DNA from: an uncultured Gemmatimonadales bacterium
GTDB lineage: Bacteria > Gemmatimonadota > Gemmatimonadetes > Gemmatimonadales > GWC2-71-9
Length of the DNA: 64,000 nucleotides
Direction of reading: 5' to 3'
Assembly: GCA_963844035.1 (NCBI GenBank)
Contig: CAWJMT010000003.1
Coordinates: forward strand, 224,001-288,000
Under the pieces are notes generated by a model. The model made no database searches. It was not told the DNA's origin and saw only the letters and a program-made list of their open reading frames with translations. The position numbers were made by a program, and so were the translations under genes. This document shows positions 10,793-19,699 of this stretch, one piece after another. Position 1 is the stretch's first letter; every line of letters begins with the position of its first letter.

Positions 10793-11508
10793 TTGAATCG
10801 CCAACGGCTTGTGCTTGACCGCCTCCGCGCCCTGTCCTACATTGCCGCCGGTACGCTCGTGGCGGCGTGTCCGCCGCACGTCGCCCCGTTGGTGCCGGTG
10901 CCGCTCACGCCCGCCGATCGGCAGCAGGCCTTGGAGTGGACCGAGGGCACGGTGCCCGGTCACCGGACGGCGATTCGCTTCAAGTTTGAGTTTCAGGACG
11001 ATCGGCGGCACTGGGCGGGGCGGGGCACCGCCCGGGTAGCGCCACCCGATTCACTGCGGTTCGACTATACGGGACCGCTCGGTCTCGGCGCCGGTGCCGC
11101 AGTCGTGGTGGGCGATTCGACGCGTGTGGGCCGACCCGGAGGAGAACTTTCGCTCTCTGGTGCCGGGCATCCCGATGCTGTGGGCCTCGCTCGGGATCGT
11201 CCGGCCCCCCGCTCGCCGACGCGCGGGTGGAGAGTGGTGGTGAAGCGCCGCGCACGATCTGGCGGTTCGCCCGCGCCGGCGACACGCTGGCCTACGTCGC
11301 TACCGATGGCGTGCCGCGTGTGCTCGAGGCGGAGTGGCGGCGGGAGGGAAAGGTGCTGGCACGCAGCCGGACGGAGCTCGGAGGCCGCGCGTTGCCGGCG
11401 AAAGCGCGTGTGGATTTTCCGGAGGCGCCCGCTCGTTTTGAACTTACCGTGGTGGGAGTGGATACGACGGCCGAATTTGCCCCGGCGCTCTGGCGCAGTC
11501 GCCGCTAG
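10793..11508 (+). CDS. Hypothetical lipoprotein, possibly LolB-like fold (frameshifted)
   Basis: Lipobox LVAAC; GRGTARVAPPDSLRFD; continues in the 11227..11508 frame. Confidence 0.55.
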
Positions 11509-11974
11509 CGCCGTCACCGTCGTGCTGGCAGGCTGCCTCTACGGCTTTGCCGGCGGCGGCCTCCCGAACATCAAGACCGTGGCGATCATTCCCTTCGACA
11601 ACCAGACGCCGGAGCCGGCGCTCACCAAGGACGTCAATGACGCGATCACGGACGCCATCCAGGGGCGCCTCGGGCTGCGCTCCGCGGCGCAATCCAATGC
11701 CGATGCTGTCGTCCGCGGGCGGGTCGTGCATTACGAAGCGAATGTCCCCATCGCGTTCCAGCCGGGCGTAGGCCGCGCCGACGTGACGCAGCGGCAGGTC
11801 CAGATCACCGTCGACGTCGAAATCGTCAATCAGAAGAGCGGCAAGACCCTGTGGCAACGCAACGGACTCCTGGTGGTAGGCGAGTACACACCGCCGCAGG
11901 AAGCCCAGGGGCGCAAGATCGCGCTCCAGAAACTCGAGAACGACATCGTGGACGGAGCGCAGTCGCAGTGGTGA
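11477..11974 (+). CDS. lptE: LptE-like LPS assembly lipoprotein
   Basis: Lipobox VLAGC followed by LYGFAGGGLP, IKTVAIIPFDNQT, ADAVVRGRV, C-terminal SQW. Confidence 0.7.
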   Translation: MPRRSGAVAASAVTVVLAGCLYGFAGGGLPNIKTVAIIPFDNQTPEPALTKDVNDAITDAIQGRLGLRSAAQSNADAVVRGRVVHYEANVPIAFQPGVGRADVTQRQVQITVDVEIVNQKSGKTLWQRNGLLVVGEYTPPQEAQGRKIALQKLENDIVDGAQSQW

Positions 11975-12345
11975 GCGCCGCAGCGCGGCGCGCGCGGATC
12001 CGCGGAGCGAGCTCGACGGGGTGCCTCGTCTCGCTCCTGCTGTTTGTGGCGGTGCTCTACTACGGCGTGAACATCGGCGAGGTGTACTTCCGCTACTACC
12101 GCTTGCTTGACGAGATGGAATCGCAGGCCCGGATCGCCGCCGGCCTCGACAACGGCACCATCGCGCGGCGCGTCGCGGCGGCGGTGGACGACATCGGCAT
12201 CCCCGATTCGGCGCGCAACGTCGTGGTGCGCCGCACGCTTTCCCCCCGCGAGATCACGATCTCGACCGACTACAGCGAGACCGTGGTTCTTCCCTTTTTC
12301 ACACACACCTTCGTCTTCCATCCTAAGGCCACGCAGCCGCTCTAG
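11971..12345 (+). CDS. Hypothetical single-TM protein (DUF4845-like)
   Basis: [26 protein letters not shown] pilin-like N-terminus; GTGA overlap with the upstream gene. Confidence 0.6.
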   Translation: MSAAARRARIRGASSTGCLVSLLLFVAVLYYGVNIGEVYFRYYRLLDEMESQARIAAGLDNGTIARRVAAAVDDIGIPDSARNVVVRRTLSPREITISTDYSETVVLPFFTHTFVFHPKATQPL

Positions 12346-12367
12346 CGCGTGGGCCGTCGCTGGCGGC

Positions 12368-13634
12368 ATGCTGCTGATCTCGGCGCTTGCCGGCGCGGCG
12401 GGACACGGGGATGACGTCGGACGTTTCTTCATCGTCCTGGCAGTCATGCTCGTGGCAGGGACGTTCTCGGCGGCGCTGTGTGAGCGGCTGGGGCAGCCCG
12501 GCGTGGTGGGCGAGCTGGTGGCGGGAATGCTCTTGGGCTCGCTCCACATCTTCCCAACGGCCCCGGAAGATTCGCTGACCGGCACCTTCCGGGTCCTCGC
12601 CCACGTCGGGGTGGCTGTCCTCTTGTTCGAAATCGGCCTCGAGACCCGTCTCGATGCGATGGCGCGCGTCGGCACGGCCGCGACGTCCGTGGCCGTCGCA
12701 GGCGTGATCGTGCCGTTCGGGCTGGGGTTCCTGTACTGGATGTCTACGCCGAGCGGCTTCGAGCACGCAGTTGCGAACCACGTCATGACGGCAGTGTTCG
12801 TGGGCGCTACGCTGACCGCGACGTCGATCGGCATCACCGCTCGGGTCTTGACCGACTTGAAGTGCCTGCACACCGTCGAGGCGCGGGTCGTGCTGGGGGC
12901 AGCCGTCATTGACGACGTGCTGGGCCTCATCCTCCTCGGTGTCATCTCCGGGGTGGCGGCCGGCGCGGCGGTGAGTTTGCTCGGTGTCGTGCGCACCCTC
13001 GCGGTGGCGGTCGGGTTCCTGGTGGCGGCCATCGTGGTCGGCCGCGCCGTGGCGCCGTGGCTCTTCGGAGGCGTAGCGCGGATTCGCCTGCGGGGGGTCC
13101 TGCTCGTGTCCGCCTTTGCCTTTTTGCTGATCCTCGGGGCCGTCGCCGCCAGCGCCGGATCCGCCCTGATCCTGGGGGCGTTTGCCGCCGGGATCATCGT
13201 GTGCGAGCACCAAACAGTCCAAGGTGATTCAAGAGCGCATGAGGCCTGTGGCCGACATCTTCACGCCGGTGTTCTTCCTGAGCATCGGGGCCGCGGTAGA
13301 CCTGGGGGCGTGGAATCCGTTCAGTCCCGCCGGGAGAGGCGTGCTCTTGATCGGTGTCATCCTGTTCGCGATCGCCGTCCTGGGAAAGCTCGCCAGCGGC
13401 TGGGCAGCTCCGTGGCTGCGCTTCAACCGTTGGGCGGTGGGGATCGGCATGGTCCCCCGCGGCGAAGTAGGGCTGATCTTCGCGCAAATCGGCGTCACCA
13501 CGGGAATTCTCACCAACCACTTGTTCAGCGCGATCCTGCTCATGGTGCTTACGACCACGCTCGTGGCGCCGCCACTCCTCACGTGGGCGTTCGGCCGCTG
13601 GGGCAGCACGACGCTGACGGAGCCGGCCCAGTGA
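12368..13634 (+). CDS. Cation:proton antiporter (CPA2/NapA type; frameshift ~13200)
   Basis: [63 protein letters not shown]. Confidence 0.9.
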
Positions 13635-14114
13635 GCACCGCCGGCAAGATCCGCAGTGTTGCCGAGGCGACGGCGTGGCGTGCGGCGCTCTCCGGACCGC
13701 TCGTGTTTACGAACGGCGTGTTCGATCTCCTGCACGTCGGTCATGTGGCGCTGCTCGAGGCCGCACGAGCGGAGGGCGCCGCGCTGGTGGTTGGCGTGAA
13801 CAGCGACCGGTCGGTGCGTCGCCTCGGCAAAGGCGCCGATCGTCCGCGTGGTGCCGCAGCAGCAGCGCGCGCGCCTCGTGGCCGCGCTCGCGTGCGTGGA
13901 CGGTGTGGTGCTGTTCGACGACGAGACGCCGCTGGCCCTCATTCGCGGGCTGCGGCCCGACGTGTTGGTGAAGGGGGCGGACTACACGCGCGCTGCCATC
14001 GTCGGTGCCGACGACGTGGAAGGGTGGGGCGGGCGCGTGGTGCGCGTTCCCCTCGTGCCCGGCTTTTCCACGACGGACCTGCTCTCACGCCTGCGAGGAG
14101 GAGCGTCGCAGTGA
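13631..14114 (+). CDS. rfaE2: D-glycero-beta-D-manno-heptose 1-phosphate adenylyltransferase (frameshift ~13845)
   Basis: [47 protein letters not shown]. Confidence 0.9.
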
Positions 14115-14740
14115 AGCTGTTGATCGCCACACGCAACGAAGGCAAGGCCCGGGAGATCCGCGACCTGTTTGTCGGCCTTCCGTTCGAGCTCGTGTTTCCC
14201 AACGATCAAAAGTTCCTCGAGCCTCTGCCCGAGGAAGCCGACGTCGAGCACGGCGCAACGTTTGTCGAAAACGCGGCCGCCAAGGCGCGCTACTTTGCGC
14301 GCCGCAGCGGAATGGTCACCGTCGCGGAGGACTCGGGGATCGAGGTCGATGCCTTGAACGGCGCGCCCGGGGTGCACTCGGCACGGTTCGCGGCGCTGTA
14401 CGGGGACAAAGGACAGGAGACGGGCGACGGGGCCAACAACGCGCTCCTGCTCAAGCGCCTGGAGGGAGTGCCCGAGGAACAGCGCACGGCACGGTACCGC
14501 TGCGTGGTAGCGTATCTCGAGACGCCGGTCGGGGCGCCGCAGCTCGTTGAGGCGACCTGCGAGGGGCGTATTCTGACCGCCCCGGTGGGCAACGGCGGCT
14601 TTGGCTACGACCCGTACTTCTGGTCACTCGATCTGCGCATGAGCTTCGGCGAGGCGCCGGAAGCGGCCAAACAGCGGGTGTCGCACCGCGGCCGCGCGTT
14701 TCGGGCGCTCATCGAGGTACTGGTGCGGCGGTATGCGTAA
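14111..14740 (+). CDS. rdgB: Non-canonical purine NTP pyrophosphatase (RdgB/HAM1)
   Basis: [53 protein letters not shown]. Confidence 0.93.
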   Translation: MKLLIATRNEGKAREIRDLFVGLPFELVFPNDQKFLEPLPEEADVEHGATFVENAAAKARYFARRSGMVTVAEDSGIEVDALNGAPGVHSARFAALYGDKGQETGDGANNALLLKRLEGVPEEQRTARYRCVVAYLETPVGAPQLVEATCEGRILTAPVGNGGFGYDPYFWSLDLRMSFGEAPEAAKQRVSHRGRAFRALIEVLVRRYA

Positions 14741-14794
14741 GGAGGCGGTTGGAACCGCCGGATGTCGTGACTAAGTTGCCTTCGCTGTCGTGAA

Positions 14795-14868
14795 CGGGGC
14801 GTAGCGCAGTCCGGTAGCGCGTCTGGTTTGGGACCAGAAGGTCCCGGGTTCAAATCCCGGCGCCCCGA
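14795..14868 (+). tRNA. tRNA-Pro (TGG)
   Basis: CGGGGCG..CGCCCCG acceptor, anticodon arm TCTGG-TTTGGGA-CCAGA, GGTTCAAATCC T-loop; CCA not encoded. Confidence 0.96.
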
Positions 14869-15016
14869 TTTCTCACAAGACTTCGCGTGACTTCGCGGAA
14901 GGATCACAGGGTATGCCCCGCAAGTGAAGCTGCTCCTCGTTGCGTTGGGTAGGGCCATCGGGTCCGTCCTCCGATATGTTGTGAGTCATGGTGGGTCGCA
15001 TGGTCGCTCAGGTGGT

Positions 15017-15358
15017 ATGGCGATAGGTCGCGTAATGTTTCTCCGGCCCATCGTGGGCCTGCTGCTCGTGGTTTCGCTGCAGGCCTGCATGCGCTGGCGA
15101 ACAGTGCCCGATGCGAAAGACGTGGCCCTGAAGCCCCTGGGCACCGTGCGCTTGACGACCAACAGCGACCCACGACACCTGATCGTACAGAACCCCACCA
15201 TCTCGCACGACAGCGTCGTCTGGATTCTTCCACAGCGCGGGGGGATTCCCCTCGATGAAATCGAATACGTCGAGTCGCGCGCGCCGGACCGGATGCGCAC
15301 CGGGTTCTTCATCCTGGCGGGAGTGAGCATCGTTACCCTGATCACGCTGCTTCAGTAG
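15017..15358 (+). CDS. Hypothetical lipoprotein with C-terminal TM (start uncertain)
   Basis: LLLVVSLQAC lipobox-like; C-terminal hydrophobic segment. Confidence 0.55.
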   Translation: MAIGRVMFLRPIVGLLLVVSLQACMRWRTVPDAKDVALKPLGTVRLTTNSDPRHLIVQNPTISHDSVVWILPQRGGIPLDEIEYVESRAPDRMRTGFFILAGVSIVTLITLLQ

Positions 15359-15403
15359 CCACCCGCAACGATTCTCCACCGGACCTAAGACTTGCGAGTG
15401 CCC

Positions 15404-15958
15404 ATGATGCTTGGCCGTGCGGTAGCCACGACGCTCCTTTTAGTCTGTTTCCTGGCGCCCATCAGCGCTGCTCAGGATGCGGCGATCCCTCAGGCGGCAT
15501 TCCTCGATTCAAGCCCAACGGGCCCCATCCGCCCCGGGGCCCCGTGCCATGTCGATCGGATCGTGGATGGAGACACGATGGAGTGCGCTGGCACCGGGCC
15601 GGTTCGCCTCATCGGAATTGACGCGCCGGAGCTGAGCCAATCGCCCTTCGGAGCCCAGGCGGCGGCCGCCCTCGCCGGCTTTGTCCCCCCTGGCTCGGAT
15701 GTGCTGCTCGAATCGGACGTCGAGGCCCGCGACAAGTACGGTCGCCTGCTCGCCTACGTCTGGTATGATGGAGGGCTCGTGAACTGGCGCATGGTCCGTG
15801 CGGGAGTGGCGGTACTGCTTACCTTTCCACCCAATGTCCAGTACGCGGCGTCGCTGGTGGATGCGGAGCACCGCGCCCAGGGTGAGAAGCGCGGCTTGTG
15901 GGCCACGGGAGGGTTTGACTGTCGGCCCAGCGACCGGCGGCACGGCCACTGCGACTGA
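15404..15958 (+). CDS. Secreted thermonuclease (SNase) family protein
   Basis: Signal peptide; RIVDGDT, VRLIGIDAPE, RDKYGRLLAYVW, KRGLW. Confidence 0.92.
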   Translation: MMLGRAVATTLLLVCFLAPISAAQDAAIPQAAFLDSSPTGPIRPGAPCHVDRIVDGDTMECAGTGPVRLIGIDAPELSQSPFGAQAAAALAGFVPPGSDVLLESDVEARDKYGRLLAYVWYDGGLVNWRMVRAGVAVLLTFPPNVQYAASLVDAEHRAQGEKRGLWATGGFDCRPSDRRHGHCD

Positions 15959-16191
15959 CGGATCAAATGGTGGGCCTCAGGGTATCGTGGAGGCTCACTC
16001 GAGCACTTGCCTGTTACAATTAAGACGTTGCCGCAGTCGCGGAGTCCGCAAAGCGTGCGGCTGGTCTCGCGTACACAGTATTGCGTCCAATGGATTGCAC
16101 GAAACTCCTGGAAGGGGAGCATGAGATGCGCAAGGGGGATAGTACCAAAGTGCAGTGCCCGGCCGGTCCGAATCGCTGGTACGTTTTCACT

Positions 16192-17406
16192 ATGACCACG
16201 CATCCCGATACTCCGATCCTCCTGGGATTGAGGCGGTCTGCCCTCTTCAAGGCCGCCTTCGGCGTTCTATTCCTGGCCGTTGCGACCCCCCTTCCTGCAC
16301 AGCGACCGCAGCCGTCATGGCTGTTGGAGTTCACGGCCTCGCGGAAGGACCCGATCGACAGTCCGCTGTTCGGAGGATTCGGGATTACGCATTACCGGCG
16401 TGCCTTCGGGCTGCGTCTGGGAGTTCAGGGGCACTTCAATGGCGGCGGCGGCACCGTCTGTGACCAGTTTGGGTGCCAGAACCCCGTCAGCGCCCAACTC
16501 GACGCTTGGACGGCGGACGCGGACCTCATGTTCGAGCCCCTGCGTGCGGTGCCCGTCCTCAAGAAGCTCCTGCTGGGTTTCTCTCCTTATGGTTTCGTGG
16601 GAATTGGCGGGTATGGTGTGCGGGTGGACAACGGTGCCGATTCGAGCATCTCCACCCTGAGGTACGGGGCCGGCCTGCGTCACGATCTGGTCGGGCCGCT
16701 CGGGGTTCAGGCCGAAGCCCGTTACCGGCAACCACTCTCGGGTGACAACCAGAGCTCGGTGATCTTGAAGGAGAAGCTGGTATACAGCGTCGGCCTCACG
16801 ATTGGGTTTGGCGGCAAGAAGTCCAAGAAGAGCGCCGCGCCGGTGGCGGCGGCCCCGCCCAAGACGGTGGCGAAGCCAACGGCGGCGCCACGCGCTCCCG
16901 TCGTCGTCAGTTCAGAAGCCGCGGATCGATTCGCGTCCACCGTCTTGGACCTTGCCGAGAGTTACCTCGACAAGCCGTACGCGTATGGCGGGGCGAGTCC
17001 GTACGGTGGCTTCGACGCCGGAGGCTTCGTCCAATACGTGTTCGCGCGCGCAGGCACGCGGCTCCCGCGTACCGCGAAAGAGATGTCCACCATGGGCGAC
17101 GCCCTCTCGCTGAAGGTCGGGTCGCTCCGCCCGGGTGACCTGCTGTTCTTCGCCAGCGACGGCTCGAAGATCGACCATGTCGCGATCTACGCCGGGCACG
17201 AGCGCATCATCCATGCGAGCGCGAGCGGCGGCGGGGTGCGCTACGATACCCTGGGTGAAGGACCGCGCGGTCGGTGGTTCACCGACCATCTGGTCTCGGC
17301 TACGCGGGTGACCGGAACCATAGGCGCGGCCCCCGTGGTCGATCCGGCAACTGGCAAGACACTCGATCCGCCGGATGTGGCTCCGCCGGCGACCAGGGCA
17401 CAATAA
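16192..17406 (+). CDS. OM beta-barrel + NlpC/P60 (C40) domain protein; catalytic Cys replaced by Ala
   Basis: Signal peptide, amphipathic strands (SPYGFVGIGG, YGAGLR, VQAEARY, YSVGLTIGF), K/A/P linker, then PYAYGG..GFDAGGFVQYVF..LPRTA..RPGDLLFF..HVAIYAG..IIHAS. Confidence 0.85.
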   Translation: MTTHPDTPILLGLRRSALFKAAFGVLFLAVATPLPAQRPQPSWLLEFTASRKDPIDSPLFGGFGITHYRRAFGLRLGVQGHFNGGGGTVCDQFGCQNPVSAQLDAWTADADLMFEPLRAVPVLKKLLLGFSPYGFVGIGGYGVRVDNGADSSISTLRYGAGLRHDLVGPLGVQAEARYRQPLSGDNQSSVILKEKLVYSVGLTIGFGGKKSKKSAAPVAAAPPKTVAKPTAAPRAPVVVSSEAADRFASTVLDLAESYLDKPYAYGGASPYGGFDAGGFVQYVFARAGTRLPRTAKEMSTMGDALSLKVGSLRPGDLLFFASDGSKIDHVAIYAGHERIIHASASGGGVRYDTLGEGPRGRWFTDHLVSATRVTGTIGAAPVVDPATGKTLDPPDVAPPATRAQ

Positions 17407-18458
17407 TGAAACACACCATCGTGCTCGGCGCGGCCCTCGCCGCGCTCCTGGGGTTCGGTTCAGACCGGCAGCCGCACAGGAGCAAGCTCCTCCTCCTGAA
17501 AGCGGCGCGCCCCGCCGTGGATAGCGTGCGTCCGGCGGTAGACAGCGTGCGTCCAACCCTCGAGACCGCGCGCCCCGCGCCGGACAGCGTGCGTTTCGCT
17601 CCTGACTACGTGCCCCCGGCCGTCAGAACCGAAGCTGACCTCGCTCCGGCAACGAGTGTGGCCGAGGCTACCAGCGTACTCGGCTTTACGGTCTCGACAT
17701 CAGGGACTGCCCGCGACACGCTGGGGCTGCTGATCTCCCCGGTTGTTCCCGGGGGCGCCGGCGACCGTGGGGGTATTGATCCGGGCAATCGCCTGGCTGA
17801 GGTGAACAACGTGAACCTCAGGATTGCGCCGGCGGACATCGGCCGGCGCGAGCCTGCCGAAGGCGCGATGCGTGCGCTGGCGAGCACCCTACGGACTGTA
17901 CGGCCGGGTGAGTGGGTCAGGATCCGCCTGTTCGGGGGCGGCCGGTATCGCACAGTGGCGATCCAAACGCCGCGCGCGGACACGACGCCCGCGGGCGTGG
18001 GAGCCGCTCCCTCCAGCCTGCAACGCGTCGTGGACGGGATCGGCAGCCTGCGGGGGCAGCTCGATCAGTTGATGCAGGCGCAATCGGTGCCCGTGCCGCG
18101 GGACACGCTGCTGCGTGCGGAGCGCGAGCTTGGCGCCATCCAGCGCCGCTTGAAGGCGGCGCAGCTCGCACCCCGGAACATCGACAACACCGTTGGCAGC
18201 CTGCCGGGCCTGCGCGTTGCGGCGGTCGCGGCCGAGATGAAGGACTACTTCGGCGAGGGAAGCGAGGGTGGTCTCCTCGTTCTCGAGTGCGACATCAGCT
18301 GGGATCCGCTCCGAAACGGCGACGTCATTCTTCGGGTCAACGACGAGCCCGCGAACCTCGACCGGTTACGCGTGGCCCTCGACCCGCAGCGTGAGAGCCG
18401 CATCGACTTCCTGCGCCGTGGGCGGTACATGATGGTCACGCTTCACCCGCGCGAATAA
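17406..18458 (+). CDS. Secreted PDZ-domain protein (two PDZ-like units, coiled coil, no protease domain seen)
   Basis: TAATG overlap; LGFTVS..GLLISPVVPGGAGDRGGIDPGNRLAEVN; GLLVL..LRNGDVILRVND..LRRG. Confidence 0.75.
   Translation: MKHTIVLGAALAALLGFGSDRQPHRSKLLLLKAARPAVDSVRPAVDSVRPTLETARPAPDSVRFAPDYVPPAVRTEADLAPATSVAEATSVLGFTVSTSGTARDTLGLLISPVVPGGAGDRGGIDPGNRLAEVNNVNLRIAPADIGRREPAEGAMRALASTLRTVRPGEWVRIRLFGGGRYRTVAIQTPRADTTPAGVGAAPSSLQRVVDGIGSLRGQLDQLMQAQSVPVPRDTLLRAERELGAIQRRLKAAQLAPRNIDNTVGSLPGLRVAAVAAEMKDYFGEGSEGGLLVLECDISWDPLRNGDVILRVNDEPANLDRLRVALDPQRESRIDFLRRGRYMMVTLHPRE
17507..17594 (+). repeat. Degenerate 21-nt coding tandem repeat x4
   Basis: Encodes RPAVDSV RPAVDSV RPTLETA RPAPDSV. 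Confidence 0.8.
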
Positions 18459-18466
18459 GGGGAGCA

Positions 18467-18494
18467 ACGGGGGCAGGGCTGGCCCTGCCCCCGT
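18467..18494. repeat. Perfect palindrome (REP-like or terminator hairpin)
   Basis: ACGGGGGCAGGGC-TG-GCCCTGCCCCCGT just after the PDZ gene stop; no U-tract. Confidence 0.7.
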
Positions 18495-18866
18495 CTGCAC
18501 CACCCGTGGCTTCTCCACCGGGCCGCAGTCCGGTACCGGATGGAGTGGCAGCCTCGAACACATGCCCGCGTAATCCCACCTGCGCCATCAGGGCCGCCCA
18601 GCGTTTCATGGCCTTCTGATCGGCCCGGTCTCGACTGTCCGTCACGCTCGCCTCGGTGTGTTGGTCGCCAAGGCACAATCGGTTGAGCGCGTCACGCGTC
18701 GGCCGGCCCGCGCGTCACGAGCCTGTCACGCGTCCGCATCCGCAACGGTCGTGATGCGTCGCGGACCCCTGCGCAGTTGGGAGGGTAGGCTTACGAGGTT
18801 GTATCGCCTGCACGCGGCCCGAGTATCGGGTTGGAACAGCACCGCAGCCAAGGTAGCTTACCACCA

Positions 18867-19673
18867 ATGATCCTTCGTACACACTCGCTCCATAAGCACT
18901 TACGGCGCAGTGCCTGTGCCCTCCTGCTGTGCCTGCTCGCCGCGCCGGCCACCGCGCACGCCCAGGTGCGTTGGGTGGTAGACGGGAAGGGCAGCCTCGC
19001 CTGGTGGCAGGTCGATCCCCACATGAACCACCTGTGGGCGACCACCTGCCCATCGGAGCCCACCTGGAAGGTCGGCGAAGGGCACAGCACCGGGTGGACG
19101 AGTCGTGCGGCGGTTGAAGCGGAAGGGGCGAGTTTCGCCAACGTCTCCGACACGATCCATGTCCCGCGCTACCCGCGGCCCCGCATCAGAACCCTTTGCG
19201 AAGAAGCGGTGCGCGGCTGGGTCGACCTGCCGGACACCGTGGGGTGGCGCCGGGCGCACGGGGAGATTGTGGTAAAAGCGGACAAGATCTTCACGGGCGA
19301 GCGAAACCGCGACGAGTATGCCCAAAACGCCATCTTCGGGGTGCACGTGTACCCGGACATCACGTTCTTCATCGACAGCTTGGTGGACATGCGGCGGGTC
19401 GGCGACACTCTGAAGGGCACGGTGGTAGGCCGCTTCAAGTTCCGCGGCAAGGTGCACCCGGTCAATGCCACCCTCGAGTCCTATGCGGCAGCGGGAGGCA
19501 CGCGCGTCCTTTCCAAGTTCCGGCTCCCGGTGATGGATCTCATCAAGAAGTATGGGGTCACGAGGAGATCAGTTGGCCTCGGAATCGGTTTGAACATCTG
19601 GAAGACATTGTTTGTCGGGGTGGACCTGCTGATGCGTCCCGACAAGACCGCGGCCCCCATCGGTCAGTACTAG
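18867..19673 (+). CDS. Secreted YceI-like protein
   Basis: Signal peptide ..AHA|Q; WVVD, IFTGERNRDE..YPDITF..GRFKFRG pattern resembles the YceI barrel. Confidence 0.6.
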   Translation: MILRTHSLHKHLRRSACALLLCLLAAPATAHAQVRWVVDGKGSLAWWQVDPHMNHLWATTCPSEPTWKVGEGHSTGWTSRAAVEAEGASFANVSDTIHVPRYPRPRIRTLCEEAVRGWVDLPDTVGWRRAHGEIVVKADKIFTGERNRDEYAQNAIFGVHVYPDITFFIDSLVDMRRVGDTLKGTVVGRFKFRGKVHPVNATLESYAAAGGTRVLSKFRLPVMDLIKKYGVTRRSVGLGIGLNIWKTLFVGVDLLMRPDKTAAPIGQY

Positions 19674-19699
19674 AAACCCCACCGCCGGTCCCAACACAA

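Noticed and set aside
10793..11974. 393-aa ORF fusing a lipoprotein to LptE
   Set aside because: Frameshift near 11125; LptE has its own TTG and lipobox, and the upstream gene ends at 11508 in another frame.
12107..14740. 877-aa antiporter-RfaE-RdgB fusion ORF
   Set aside because: Three genes with GTGA overlaps chained by two indels; the joining segments are out-of-frame sequence.
15960..16190. Possible c-di-GMP or c-di-AMP riboswitch upstream of the NlpC/P60 gene
   Set aside because: Only a GCAAAGC fragment resembles the consensus; the required helices could not be built, and the gene looks leaderless. An Infernal scan would settle it.
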